Shown: positions 19,587 through 28,600 of the stretch, in pieces
Numbering within the stretch: the first letter of the stretch is position 1
How the letters are laid out: each line of letters opens with the position of its first letter
Assembly (NCBI GenBank): GCA_040768745.1
Contig: JAXGMI010000001.1
Span: 1,568,001 to 1,632,000 of the forward strand
Direction: 5' to 3'
DNA from: Desulfomicrobium sp.
Lineage (GTDB): Bacteria; Desulfobacterota; Desulfovibrionia; Desulfovibrionales; Desulfomicrobiaceae
Length of the DNA stretch: 64,000 bases
Notes under the pieces: generated by a model
What the model was told of the DNA's origin: nothing
Database searches by the model: none
What the model saw: only the letters and a program-made list of their open reading frames with translations
Made by a program: the position numbers and the translations under genes

Positions 19587-19645
19587 GATTTTAGGGCTTT
19601 TTCGATCAACGGAATTTTTGAAAAGCCGATGTCACGGGGGTGGGT

Positions 19646-20932
19646 ATGGCTTGCAACTGGATACAAGCTGAAGAAGGCATCCGATACCGGGAGCACGCTA
19701 CCCGGCTTCATGGCTCGACCAGCCCAGACCGCTATTATGTAATTCGCTACCGAGTTGATGAAGTTGATCCGGCCACGGGCAAGACCAGGCGAGTCAGGAA
19801 GGAAGAGCCTATCGGGTGGGAGTCGCAAAACGAACAGCGGGACCACAAGGGGCGGAAAATATCCATGATGGACGTGGCCCGGAAGACCCTTGCCGCGTTG
19901 AAAGAAGCGCATAGGACCGGCCAGGGTCCGGCAACGATCGAAGAAACACGATTGCGGGCAGCCCAGGCCAAAGCCGAAGCCAAAGCCCATGCAAGCCTTG
20001 AGTCCGCCAAAAACATCACGCTCCGGGATTACTGGCCGGAATATCTGAAGGCCGCCAAGCTGAAAAAAAGGCCCAAGTCCTGGCAGGCGGAAGACGGTTA
20101 CTTTCGGAACTGGATCGATGAACTTCTAGGCCATATTCCCATGCGGGAAATCGGGCTTGTCCAGTGGGACGGGCTTATGGCCGCCCTGACCGACGCCGGG
20201 CTTGCTCCGCGAACCCGTCAATATGTTGCCCTGACCCTTCGGCAATGTCTGGATCATGCTTTCATGCGGAAGCTGATTCCAGAAGCCCCGCCAAGGGCAA
20301 AGCATGTTGGCGCGACCTTGAAGCCGGACAGCAACCGCCGGACCCGGACCCTTTCCAATCAGGAACTTCAAGCGATCCTGACCGCCCTGGCCGAACGCGA
20401 CCAGTGCGCCTACAATATCACGCTTTTTTGTGCCCTGACCGGGTGCAGGTTTGGCGAAGCCGCCGCCTTGCAATGGCAGGACGTTGACCTTGGCCGGGGT
20501 GAATGTACTTTCAGAGACACAAAAAACGGCCAGGATAGGACCATTCCCTTGCCGGATTCGTTGGTGGAATTTGTGCGCGGGCTAGGAACTGGCAAGGGCC
20601 TTGTTTTTCCCAACGGAAACGGCACGCAGTACAGGCAGACCCCGACGCCGTTTAGGGATGCCGTGGACACCTTGGGGCTGAACGAAGGCCGGGACAAGCG
20701 GGACCGGGTTGTTTTTCATAGCCTGCGCCATTCAGCAGCAACAAGGCTTGCCCAAGTGAATACGCCGCTTCCGGATCTAATGGCGTTGTGTGGCTGGAAG
20801 ACCGCAAGCATGGCGCTTCGGTATGCCCATTCAAACGACGCTGGACGCCGCCGGGCAATGGCCGCGTTGGAATCCATGACCCAGGTGGAAGCGCCCAAGG
20901 TGGTGGATCTTTTCGGGGGTGGCAAAAAGTAA
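19646..20932 (+). CDS. Tyrosine recombinase/integrase
   Basis: TGCRFGE, TKNG, FHSLRH, MALRY catalytic motifs; next to att. Confidence 0.95.
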   Translation: MACNWIQAEEGIRYREHATRLHGSTSPDRYYVIRYRVDEVDPATGKTRRVRKEEPIGWESQNEQRDHKGRKISMMDVARKTLAALKEAHRTGQGPATIEETRLRAAQAKAEAKAHASLESAKNITLRDYWPEYLKAAKLKKRPKSWQAEDGYFRNWIDELLGHIPMREIGLVQWDGLMAALTDAGLAPRTRQYVALTLRQCLDHAFMRKLIPEAPPRAKHVGATLKPDSNRRTRTLSNQELQAILTALAERDQCAYNITLFCALTGCRFGEAAALQWQDVDLGRGECTFRDTKNGQDRTIPLPDSLVEFVRGLGTGKGLVFPNGNGTQYRQTPTPFRDAVDTLGLNEGRDKRDRVVFHSLRHSAATRLAQVNTPLPDLMALCGWKTASMALRYAHSNDAGRRRAMAALESMTQVEAPKVVDLFGGGKK

Positions 20933-21059
20933 CATTTTGTCACGTTTTGTCGCATTTTTCAGGGCCTAGGGTCGGACTTGCTACCCGACCCGAAAAGCGC
21001 ATGACCTGCCCCGGTTGCGCCGGGCCCTGGATTCACTACCGGGGCGAAGGGGCAGCGAT

Positions 21060-21920
21060 ATGGGCTTTTTGAAGTCAATTTCCGAGATCAAAAGAGAACC
21101 GCTTGATCTGAAAGAAGCGCTTGAGCGCGTGGCATATTCCCATAAAGAAATAGGAAAATACGAATTTGAAGCAAATACTATATTAAGAAAGAACGAATAT
21201 GATTTTTTGAACATTAAGCATGTACGTCTTGAAGAAGTTTTTCCATCATTATTTGGCTTTGATTACGATCAATACTATATTCTTCGCAATATATCAAAGA
21301 TACAAGAAAATTATGACAGCATTGTTCAGAGTGCAGAAAAAGAGATAAAAGAAATACCAAAAGAACTTCCAGACTATGCAAAAAAAGAGTTACGCGAAAT
21401 GTATGAAAAAACCATAGCTGAATATAAGAGACAAGGAAGTTTATATTCTTCTGGTGGGTCAGTGCTTTGCAACAGGATCGATCACTTATTGGAATTATTC
21501 AGGCGGGCATATATTTCTGGCGACGTGACAATTTGCGGAGACTGGATTGCTCTTGATACGATAGTGGACGCGAAGGTTTTTTTTGAATGGGCGCAAAGAA
21601 ATGGATTCTACATCCCCGAAGAAGTATCTTGTTTTTTCGGAACTCCCGCCGCCACGATACAGTCCACCATGACCCCGACCGAACCGGGCAACGATCAGCA
21701 GGTGGAAGAAAAAGACCCGAAAAATTTTGCAGAACGCGAACTTGCCCAAGGGAAAGCCCCTGGCCAAGTCATGCTTGCCCTTGTCAAACTCTACGACGAT
21801 ATGCCGCAATGGAAGGCCGCCGGTCTTGCGTTGCGCCGCTCGGTTGTGGGGCTTGATCAGTTTGAAAGAGACAAGCTGAAAAGCCGATTTTATGACCGCA
21901 CAAAAAAATTCAGACAATAA
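21060..21920 (+). CDS. Hypothetical island protein, AT-rich N-terminal part, possible C-terminal DNA-binding helices
   Basis: 286-aa ORF after int; basic helical C-terminus. Confidence 0.7.
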   Translation: MGFLKSISEIKREPLDLKEALERVAYSHKEIGKYEFEANTILRKNEYDFLNIKHVRLEEVFPSLFGFDYDQYYILRNISKIQENYDSIVQSAEKEIKEIPKELPDYAKKELREMYEKTIAEYKRQGSLYSSGGSVLCNRIDHLLELFRRAYISGDVTICGDWIALDTIVDAKVFFEWAQRNGFYIPEEVSCFFGTPAATIQSTMTPTEPGNDQQVEEKDPKNFAERELAQGKAPGQVMLALVKLYDDMPQWKAAGLALRRSVVGLDQFERDKLKSRFYDRTKKFRQ

Positions 21921-22149
21921 CGCGAAGCAGGACAAACCTGGCTTTTTTCTGGTGGGAACGGGGCCGGATTCGAATTTGGTTTTGCATCTGGCAAGAAGAC
22001 GAACAGCAAGGCCACAACCCAGAAGCCTAACCTCCGCCCCGTCGTGATTTTTATTGCCCTTCGCCAGACGCGCGACGGCATGACAACATTTCTTGCTGAC
22101 CGGAAAGGCAACGCGTGGTAGAGGGACGGAAAAAAGGAGAAGTTTCAAG

Positions 22150-22677
22150 ATGCAAAAAATTACAAAGCTTGTTTTGATGGCCGTGGTATTTGTCTGTCTT
22201 GCCTGCGGGGTAGCACTTGCCGATGGATGGTATAAAACAACGTGGGGGATGAGCCCCGAGCAAGCGGAAGAGGCCATTGGCGAGAAACTTTCCCTGGCCT
22301 CGGTAACGTACGGAGATGAAACATACTCTCACAAACTGGGGCAGTTCAAAATCGGAAACTATGACTATGAGCCATTTCTTTCCTTTAGTGGCGGTTCTTT
22401 GAGGAAAGTCCATCTGAGATACAAAGGGGCAGGTGGTCCGGGGGCATATGCTGCCTTTTCTAGCACCAAAGACTTGCTAGTTGGGAAGTATGGCGCGCCA
22501 GTCGGATCAGAGAAGAGCAAGATGATGGGGGGCGGAGAGATCCGGACTGAAAAGTGGTTATCTGAGGACACGATGATCACGCTGAACTATTACAGCATGA
22601 GCTTGCCAGGTGGAGGCAGTTTCGGGGCGAACATCACCTACGAGCCAAGGATATCGGGGGGGAGCGACAAGCTGTAG
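22150..22677 (+). CDS. Exported hypothetical protein
   Basis: GGAG RBS, signal peptide ending ALA-D, WGMSPEQ motif. Confidence 0.75.
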   Translation: MQKITKLVLMAVVFVCLACGVALADGWYKTTWGMSPEQAEEAIGEKLSLASVTYGDETYSHKLGQFKIGNYDYEPFLSFSGGSLRKVHLRYKGAGGPGAYAAFSSTKDLLVGKYGAPVGSEKSKMMGGGEIRTEKWLSEDTMITLNYYSMSLPGGGSFGANITYEPRISGGSDKL

Positions 22678-22701
22678 CGAAAAATCTCATTACGTCCCTC
22701 A

Positions 22702-22733
22702 GTCCCGCCCCGGCTCCCCAGGGCGGGATTTTT
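22702..22733 (+). terminator. Intrinsic terminator
   Basis: GTCCCGCCC…GGGCGGGAT-TTTT. Confidence 0.7.
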
Positions 22734-22755
22734 GCTTCCACTACCGGAAAATCCT

Positions 22756-22791
22756 AAAAACCTACCCAAAAACCTGCCCAAAAACCTGCCT
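22756..22791 (+). repeat. Three tandem 12-bp repeats AAAAACCTRCCY (putative operator)
   Basis: Copies at 22756, 22768, 22780; degenerate copy near 22801. Confidence 0.8.
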
Positions 22792-22888
22792 GCCATCCTT
22801 AAAACCGGCCTACTGACCGTCCTACTTCTCGAATCATAACAGCCCTATACATTCACTGTGTTTCACGCAGCAGCGTGAAGGGGGCTTC

Positions 22889-23119
22889 ATGAACAAAGAC
22901 GAATTGAGAAAGCAGCTTTTGGAGATCATGCCGCCGGTGTTTGTTCGCCAGCAGGTGCGGGAACTGACCGGGGGCATGATTGACGGTCGAACCCTGGCAA
23001 ACAAGGACAGCGACGGGACCGGGCCGGGAGGCCGGGTCAAGATGGGCAAAACCAAGGTGGGCTACCTTCGGGAGCCCTTCATTGATTGGTTTCTGAATCG
23101 TTTGAACATTCAGGGTTAG
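22889..23119 (+). CDS. AlpA/excisionase-like small DNA-binding protein
   Basis: RTLANKDSDGTGP…KVGY…FIDW winged-helix pattern; first gene of replication module. Confidence 0.75.
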   Translation: MNKDELRKQLLEIMPPVFVRQQVRELTGGMIDGRTLANKDSDGTGPGGRVKMGKTKVGYLREPFIDWFLNRLNIQG

Positions 23120-23127
23120 GGGCAGCC

Positions 23128-23283
23128 ATGAAAATGGAAAAGCCCCACGGGGGCACGCAGGGCATTGGACAGGAGCTTGTGAAACGTTGCGTTTCTTGGT
23201 TGGAATGTTTCACGAAATGGGCAGTCGGTCAAGCCGAGTTGCTGATGCTGGCCGCGATCCTGGCCGGGGGGTTGCTGATATGA
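23128..23283 (+). CDS. Small hypothetical protein with hydrophobic C-terminus
   Basis: GGGG RBS; stop overlaps the prim-pol ATG. Confidence 0.5.
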   Translation: MKMEKPHGGTQGIGQELVKRCVSWLECFTKWAVGQAELLMLAAILAGGLLI

Positions 23284-24218
23284 GCAGCCAGCAGATAGCC
23301 CAGGAAATTTTGAACGGGCTTTCCGAAGTGGGCCGGGCCGCCGTGGGATATACCCGCCGGGGGCTTCTGGTGTTTCCATGCCGGGAACGCACTACATACG
23401 GGCCGGACTTGGACAAGAACGGGAAGCCGAAGGAACATGCAGCCAAAAGCCCGTACACGCGCCACGGGTGCCACGACGCGACCACGGACGCGGGCCAGGT
23501 GGTCAGGTGGTGGAAGCAATACCCCGCCGCCGCCATAGGGCTACGGATGGGCACGGAGTCCGGGCTTTTCGTCGTGGACGTGGACACGAAGCACGGGGCC
23601 GGGGGGCTGGAATCATGGGCCGCATTGCAAGCGCAGTACGGGCCAGCGCCGAAGACGCGCACGGCAAGAACCGCTTCCGGTGGCCTTCACGTCTATTTCA
23701 AGCATCCTGGCCAGGGGAAGGCCGTCAAAACCGACGCCGGAAGGCTTGGGCCGGGGCTGGATCTTCGGGGCGACGGAAACGGCTATGTCCTGGCCCCGCC
23801 ATCCGCGATTGAGTCAGGGCGCTATACTTGGGAACATGACATTCCGACCGCCGAAGCGCCGGACTGGTTGCTTGAACTGGCCGTCAAAAAGCCCAGGCCG
23901 GAACATTCCATGCCCTGCCCAACGATCAGCGCCACATTATCGACCGCCTACGGACGGGCCGCCCTGGAAACAGAGTGCCGAGCCGTGGCCAGTGAGCCAG
24001 CAGGCAGCAGAAACGCCCGCCTGAACGAAGCCGCTTTTGCTTGTGGGCAGTTGGTGGGCGGTGGGGAACTGGTGGAGTCCGAAGCCCTGAACGCCTTGGA
24101 GCAGGCCGCCGCCGCTTGCGGGCTTGGCCATCACGAAGCGCAGCGCACTATCCAGTCAGGTTTTAGCGCGGGACTGGCCGAACCACGGCAGGCAGTCAGG
24201 GGGTGGAACCATGACTGA
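23280..24218 (+). CDS. Bifunctional DNA primase/polymerase (Prim-Pol)
   Basis: VFPC, HDATTD, VVDVD, RTASGGLHVYF, GLDLRG, YVLAPPS, GSRNARL. Confidence 0.92.
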   Translation: MSSQQIAQEILNGLSEVGRAAVGYTRRGLLVFPCRERTTYGPDLDKNGKPKEHAAKSPYTRHGCHDATTDAGQVVRWWKQYPAAAIGLRMGTESGLFVVDVDTKHGAGGLESWAALQAQYGPAPKTRTARTASGGLHVYFKHPGQGKAVKTDAGRLGPGLDLRGDGNGYVLAPPSAIESGRYTWEHDIPTAEAPDWLLELAVKKPRPEHSMPCPTISATLSTAYGRAALETECRAVASEPAGSRNARLNEAAFACGQLVGGGELVESEALNALEQAAAACGLGHHEAQRTIQSGFSAGLAEPRQAVRGWNHD

Positions 24219-26034
24219 TAACTTGCATTGTGCTGAAAACGGGTCGGGCCGGTCGGGTTGGTCGGGTCAGGCCACGGTTGACGCGGGTTTTATCGACCCG
24301 ACTACCGAAAAACCCAAGTCGGGTCGGTCGGGTCAAGTCGGGTCGGGTCAGGTCCGGTTGCCCAACGGCTACCACATGAACGCCGAAGGGCTTTGGTACG
24401 TCGAAGACCCGGAAAAGCCCCAAGAAAAAATCTGGTTGGGTCCGCTACTTCACTTCGCAGCCATGACCAGAAACGGCGATTCCGAAGCGTGGGGGCTTTA
24501 TCTTGGGTGGCGTGACCCGGACGGAAGGCCGCATTGGTGGGCCATGCCTTACGCCATGCTGAACGATACCCGGCAGGGGTGGCGGGCGGAACTTGCCGCC
24601 GGGGGCTGGATCGGTGCGACCAGCCAAAAGGCAAAGGCCCTGCTTGGGCAGCTATTGGCTTCCGTGGTGGTGCCGGATCGGGCGCGGTGCGTGAACCGGA
24701 CGGGGTGGCATGGGTCCGCTTTTGTCCTGCCTGACGCAGTGCTTGGCGAGTGCGAAGAACGCCTTGTGCCTCAAGCGACAATGGCCGCGAACCCATTCAC
24801 GCAGGCCGGAACCCTTGAAGACTGGAACGCGACCATAGGCGCGTGGGCCATGAAAAACCGCTTGCTCATGTTTGGGATCAGTGCCGCCTTGTCCGGCTTT
24901 TTGCTGGATCTGGCCGGGCTGGATTCCGGGGGCTTCCATTTCTGGGGGCACAGCAGCACGGGCAAGACCACGATAATGCGGGCCGCGTGGTCCGTTTGCG
25001 GTGCCCCTTCCGGGGTGCGGACATGGCGCAGCACGGCCAATGCCCTGGAAGCGATCAGCGCCCTACATAATGACGCCTGCTTGTGCCTGGATGAAATCGG
25101 GCAGGCTTCGGGGCGGGTGGTGTCGGAAGCCGCTTATTTGCTGGCCAATGGCCAAGGGAAAAGCCGGGCGCATGTTGACGGGTCAGCGCGGGCGCTCCGG
25201 GCTTGGCGGTGCGCGGTTCTCTCCAACGGTGAAATGACCCTTTCCGACAAGTTGCGCGAAGACGGCCAGCAGGTCAGGGCCGGGCAGGAAGTCCGCATTG
25301 TTGACCTTTCAGCGGACGCAGGCGCGGGCATGGGCGCATGGCAGGACTTGCACGGGTATGAAACGCCGGGCCGGTTTTCCGACGCGATCAAGGCCGCTTG
25401 CGCCGTCAATTACGGCACGTTGAGCCGGGCCTATATCGACGCCCTGACCCGCAGCCGTGGGGAACTGAATCTTGCCCAGGATCTTGCCGCCGTGGTGTCC
25501 GACTGGACGCCGCCGGGATCTTCCGGGCAGGTCCGCCGGGTGGTTGATCGTTTCGCATTGGCGGGGATTGCGGGGGAACTTGCGGTGGACTTCGGGCTTG
25601 TGCCGTGGGCCGAAGGTAAAGCCCTGGCCGCCGCCCGGCAATGTCTGGAATCATGGATTGAAGGCAGGGGCAGCACGGGCGATCAGGAAGACCGCCGGGC
25701 AGTTGATACGGTGCGGGCCTTCATTGCCCGCTACGGGTCAAGCCGCTTTCAGAATATCGACCCCGCAGCGCCTGAACGCATTTTGGACCGGGCCGGGTTC
25801 CGCCGGACCCTGAACGGGCTGGATCAGTTCCTTTTTACGTCTGACCAGTTCAAGGGGGTGTTGGGTGGGTTGAATCCGACCACGGCAGCCAAGGCATTGG
25901 ACCGGGCCGGGTTGCTCCATCGAAACGATGGGAAAAACCTGACTGTCAGGGTGCCGCTTCCGGATCTTGGCAAGGTGCGTGTCTATGCCGTGACCATGCC
26001 GGACGATGAAGGGGGCAGCCATGTTGAACATTGA
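24211..26034 (+). CDS. DUF927-type replicative helicase/ATPase
   Basis: RTGWH, GHSSTGKTT Walker A, WRSTANALE, LDEIG, GQEVR. Confidence 0.88.
   Translation: MTDNLHCAENGSGRSGWSGQATVDAGFIDPTTEKPKSGRSGQVGSGQVRLPNGYHMNAEGLWYVEDPEKPQEKIWLGPLLHFAAMTRNGDSEAWGLYLGWRDPDGRPHWWAMPYAMLNDTRQGWRAELAAGGWIGATSQKAKALLGQLLASVVVPDRARCVNRTGWHGSAFVLPDAVLGECEERLVPQATMAANPFTQAGTLEDWNATIGAWAMKNRLLMFGISAALSGFLLDLAGLDSGGFHFWGHSSTGKTTIMRAAWSVCGAPSGVRTWRSTANALEAISALHNDACLCLDEIGQASGRVVSEAAYLLANGQGKSRAHVDGSARALRAWRCAVLSNGEMTLSDKLREDGQQVRAGQEVRIVDLSADAGAGMGAWQDLHGYETPGRFSDAIKAACAVNYGTLSRAYIDALTRSRGELNLAQDLAAVVSDWTPPGSSGQVRRVVDRFALAGIAGELAVDFGLVPWAEGKALAAARQCLESWIEGRGSTGDQEDRRAVDTVRAFIARYGSSRFQNIDPAAPERILDRAGFRRTLNGLDQFLFTSDQFKGVLGGLNPTTAAKALDRAGLLHRNDGKNLTVRVPLPDLGKVRVYAVTMPDDEGGSHVEH
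24241..24355 (+). repeat. GGTC(G)G iteron-like array in the helicase 5' end
   Basis: Multiple GGTCGG units around the palindrome GACCCGAC-N15-GTCGGGTC (24295-24325). Confidence 0.8.
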
Positions 26035-26410
26035 CCGCCTTCTGAAGCTGGCCAGCGGTGCCCAGGTGGAACCCGACCCGACCGACCCGACCCGACCCGA
26101 CCACGAAAAACGCAAGTCGGGTCAGCAAAACCTAGGTGAAACAAGGGCTAACCCGACCGACCCGACCGACCCGACCGAAAAAACAGCAGTTGCAACGAAA
26201 CAGGACGCCGGGGCCGAAAGGCCCTTGTCCTTGGAACCGCTACCGGGCCGCTACTGGCTGGACCCGGTGGATAATGGCTTTTTGCCCGCATACAAGACCA
26301 TGCTGGACCGCAAAGAGTGCCGGGGATGCCCGCAAGCCTGCCAACGGTGCCGGGCGCTCATGGCGGATCTGGAAACCTGCCTGCTTGGGCCGGAAGGGGG
26401 CGCGGCATGA
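26021..26410 (+). CDS. Hypothetical protein containing the iteron array; C-terminal Cys cluster
   Basis: PDPTDPTRPD repeats; CRGCPQACQRC. Confidence 0.6.
   Translation: MLNIDRLLKLASGAQVEPDPTDPTRPDHEKRKSGQQNLGETRANPTDPTDPTEKTAVATKQDAGAERPLSLEPLPGRYWLDPVDNGFLPAYKTMLDRKECRGCPQACQRCRALMADLETCLLGPEGGAA
26071..26177 (+). repeat. CCGAC(C) iteron-like array (mostly inverse orientation to 24241-24355)
   Basis: Multiple CCCGAC units around GACCCGAC-N14-GTCGGGTC (26094-26123). Confidence 0.8.
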
Positions 26411-26763
26411 CGGCATGGTGCGAGTATTGCGGAAAGTCCTTTCGGCAGCGGTACGACTGGCAGAAACTTTGCCCCGCCTGTTACGGGCTTCGGCAAGACA
26501 ACGGGGGCGCGGACGCATGGATGCAAGTTATTGACCTGAAACGGGAGTTGCGATTCATGCAAATGCAGCTTGCATCCGCTCAACAGCAGGCAGCAAGCCA
26601 GCAGGCCGAACGGGGCTTGTTGGATCATATCCGGGCCAATCCGAAAGCGTGGCTCATGCTGGTGCATCCTGACCGCCACAACGGAAGACAGGCCGCAACG
26701 GACGCAACGCGGCTTGTTTTGGAAGTCCGGAACAGCAGGCGCGAAGGTGGGCTTTATGAGTGA
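26407..26763 (+). CDS. Zn-ribbon + coiled coil + J-domain-like (HPD) small protein
   Basis: CEYC…CPAC; LVHPDRH. Confidence 0.65.
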   Translation: MTAWCEYCGKSFRQRYDWQKLCPACYGLRQDNGGADAWMQVIDLKRELRFMQMQLASAQQQAASQQAERGLLDHIRANPKAWLMLVHPDRHNGRQAATDATRLVLEVRNSRREGGLYE

Positions 26764-26947
26764 GCCAATCCGCCCGCCCTGTCCAGAGTGCCGGGGGCAT
26801 GACGTGTTCAAGTTGCATGGGCCGGTGCATGTTGACCCGTGGCATTTTGAACAACGCTACCAGTGCAGGGGGTGCGAGTGCCGATTCATTGTTTGGTGGA
26901 GTGGCGAGTTTTTGCGGACATATCAGCGCAGGGGAAATCATGAGTAA
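26756..26947 (+). CDS. Small zinc-ribbon protein
   Basis: CPEC…YQCRGCECRF; overlaps flanking genes. Confidence 0.6.
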   Translation: MSEPIRPPCPECRGHDVFKLHGPVHVDPWHFEQRYQCRGCECRFIVWWSGEFLRTYQRRGNHE

Positions 26948-27221
26948 AGACCGACTAGAACAGGACGCGCTTTCAATCGATTTGGACGACTATCTGGACA
27001 TGGACGCGTTCGACTGGGGCAACGCCCTGGACCCTGTAAATATCGACTGGGGCGAAGGCTTTGACCCGGACGCGTTCGACTGGGGATTCAGCGCGGCGAT
27101 GCCTGAAAGAACAGGCGGGAAACAGGGAAAGGCGCTTGCTGTAAATACAGCGGAAAAACAGCAAAAAGCAGACTGGCCGGTGCTCGTGAAAACTCACGTT
27201 TTCAAACAAAGCAAACGCTAA
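26940..27221 (+). CDS. Acidic hypothetical protein with DWG repeats
   Basis: DAFDWG twice, IDWG once. Confidence 0.55.
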   Translation: MSKDRLEQDALSIDLDDYLDMDAFDWGNALDPVNIDWGEGFDPDAFDWGFSAAMPERTGGKQGKALAVNTAEKQQKADWPVLVKTHVFKQSKR

Positions 27222-27317
27222 AAAAGGCGGGGCGGGGGGGGGGCGGGTGCCGAGTGATGAGTTACCCCATGCAACGCGACAATGGGCCAGGGTGCAAACC
27301 TTGGCCTTTCTTTTTGC

Positions 27318-27402
27318 GTGGCGCTACGTGCCGGATACAACGAAAGGTCTGCAAGGTCGCGAGAGCAGCGATTGTTGACAAATGATGACATTCAAAGGGC
27401 GC
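27318..27402 (+). pseudogene. Terminase small subunit remnant
   Basis: ALRAGYNERSARSREQRLLTNDDIQ resembles the TerS AIRAGYS..TA....RLL..DIQ HTH motif; flanks unrecognisable. Confidence 0.6.
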
Positions 27403-27549
27403 AAACAATGGTGAGGTTTTGGGGAGGGTGCCGCGAAAAATGGCAAGGTTTCGATAAGGTTTTTCCGCGTTGACCTATTGAGAAAAGTTGAAACCGATAC
27501 CAAGGTTTTGCCAAAGTGCTGGGTGAAAAGATGCCCGGTTTGATGGGCG

Positions 27550-27882
27550 CTACGGCCAAGGCATTTTTTCAAATTCTTTTCGCACTACCGAACATGTGTC
27601 AGGAGATCTTCCTTCTGCTTGTGCCTGTGCGCTCATCTTCATCCCTTCTGAAAAAATCAGTATATACATGGATCGCTCTTTTCCAGTGAATGTTATGTCC
27701 ATCCATTTTGAAACTCGATTAACTTCAGATTTTGTGTCTATTCCGCATGCAATAGCTCGCCCTAAAATTATTGAATAGGTTGTCATTGTGTCAATATCAG
27801 ATTCAGACGCAGCAAAAGAATTAGTTCGTAATGAGATGGATATTATGGATAAAAAAAGTAAAAATAATATTTTATTCATCAT
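27550..27882 (-). CDS. Exported hypothetical protein (AT-rich cargo)
   Basis: Signal peptide, two Cys; overlaps the upstream stop. Confidence 0.7.
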   Translation of the reverse strand: MMNKILFLLFLSIISISLRTNSFAASESDIDTMTTYSIILGRAIACGIDTKSEVNRVSKWMDITFTGKERSMYILIFSEGMKMSAQAQAEGRSPDTCSVVRKEFEKMPWP

Positions 27883-28268
27883 TTGCTTTTCTCTAGTTCG
27901 AGCCTTTCAATTTCTTCGGTTATCATATGGCTTGGAAATTGTTTTTCGAGATCCCTCATGAATGTTCGCATGGTTGCGCTGGCCTTTGCTGCCCCGACCT
28001 TGTCTCCTTCTCTACCCAGTTTGTAGGCAAGATTTCGATAATATATCCAATCTTTGCAACGTTCTGTCAGATCCAGTTCATAGTCTGGATTCGGATTGTT
28101 CTTGCCAGGGTTGGTCACCACAAGTTCGCCGTTAACTGACTTCATAACGCGTACGTTATCGAGATTCGCAGATTGTGGCGCAGTTGCTTTCGGGTCATTT
28201 CCGCTAGTGTTGACCATAAGCCAAGCGGCGAAGAGAGCGCAAAAAATGAAGATGATCGTTATTTTCAT
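27879..28268 (-). CDS. Exported/membrane-anchored hypothetical protein (cargo)
   Basis: N-terminal hydrophobic segment, AAGGG RBS. Confidence 0.7.
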   Translation of the reverse strand: MKITIIFIFCALFAAWLMVNTSGNDPKATAPQSANLDNVRVMKSVNGELVVTNPGKNNPNPDYELDLTERCKDWIYYRNLAYKLGREGDKVGAAKASATMRTFMRDLEKQFPSHMITEEIERLELEKSK

Positions 28269-28511
28269 GCCCTTATTCCTTTTTTGGGTTCTATGGCATG
28301 ATTTACGTCAAAGGTCAGCAAGAAATATTGTCAGGTAGATGTCACATTGTGAATTTGTGAAAGGGAGCCGAGTGAAAAGGGTGTCCTTGTCGCCTAGTCG
28401 GGCGGATCTGACCATGCCCGTGGGGTGCAGTTGCGGGGCGCGGAGCTGGTCGTGAAAAAGCGCAGGGATTGTCCGGGCGATAGGGGCGAAAAAGGGGCGT
28501 GAAACCTGTCC

Positions 28512-28532
28512 TTGGGGGACAGGTGGGGGACA
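28512..28532 (+). repeat. Putative integrase arm-type site
   Basis: Identical to 19566-19586; preceded by inverted ACCTGTCC. Confidence 0.75.
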
Positions 28533-28600
28533 AAATCGGGTGCGCTTCGAAAAAACAGGAAAGGGCCTAGCGTATTTCGCACGTAAGCCCTTGTTATTCC

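Noticed and set aside
24241..26180. CRISPR array
   Set aside because: Repeats are 4-6 bp units without unique spacers, and there are no cas genes.
27226..27247. Functional G-quadruplex
   Set aside because: Homopolymer length is unreliable in this sequence and there is no supporting context.
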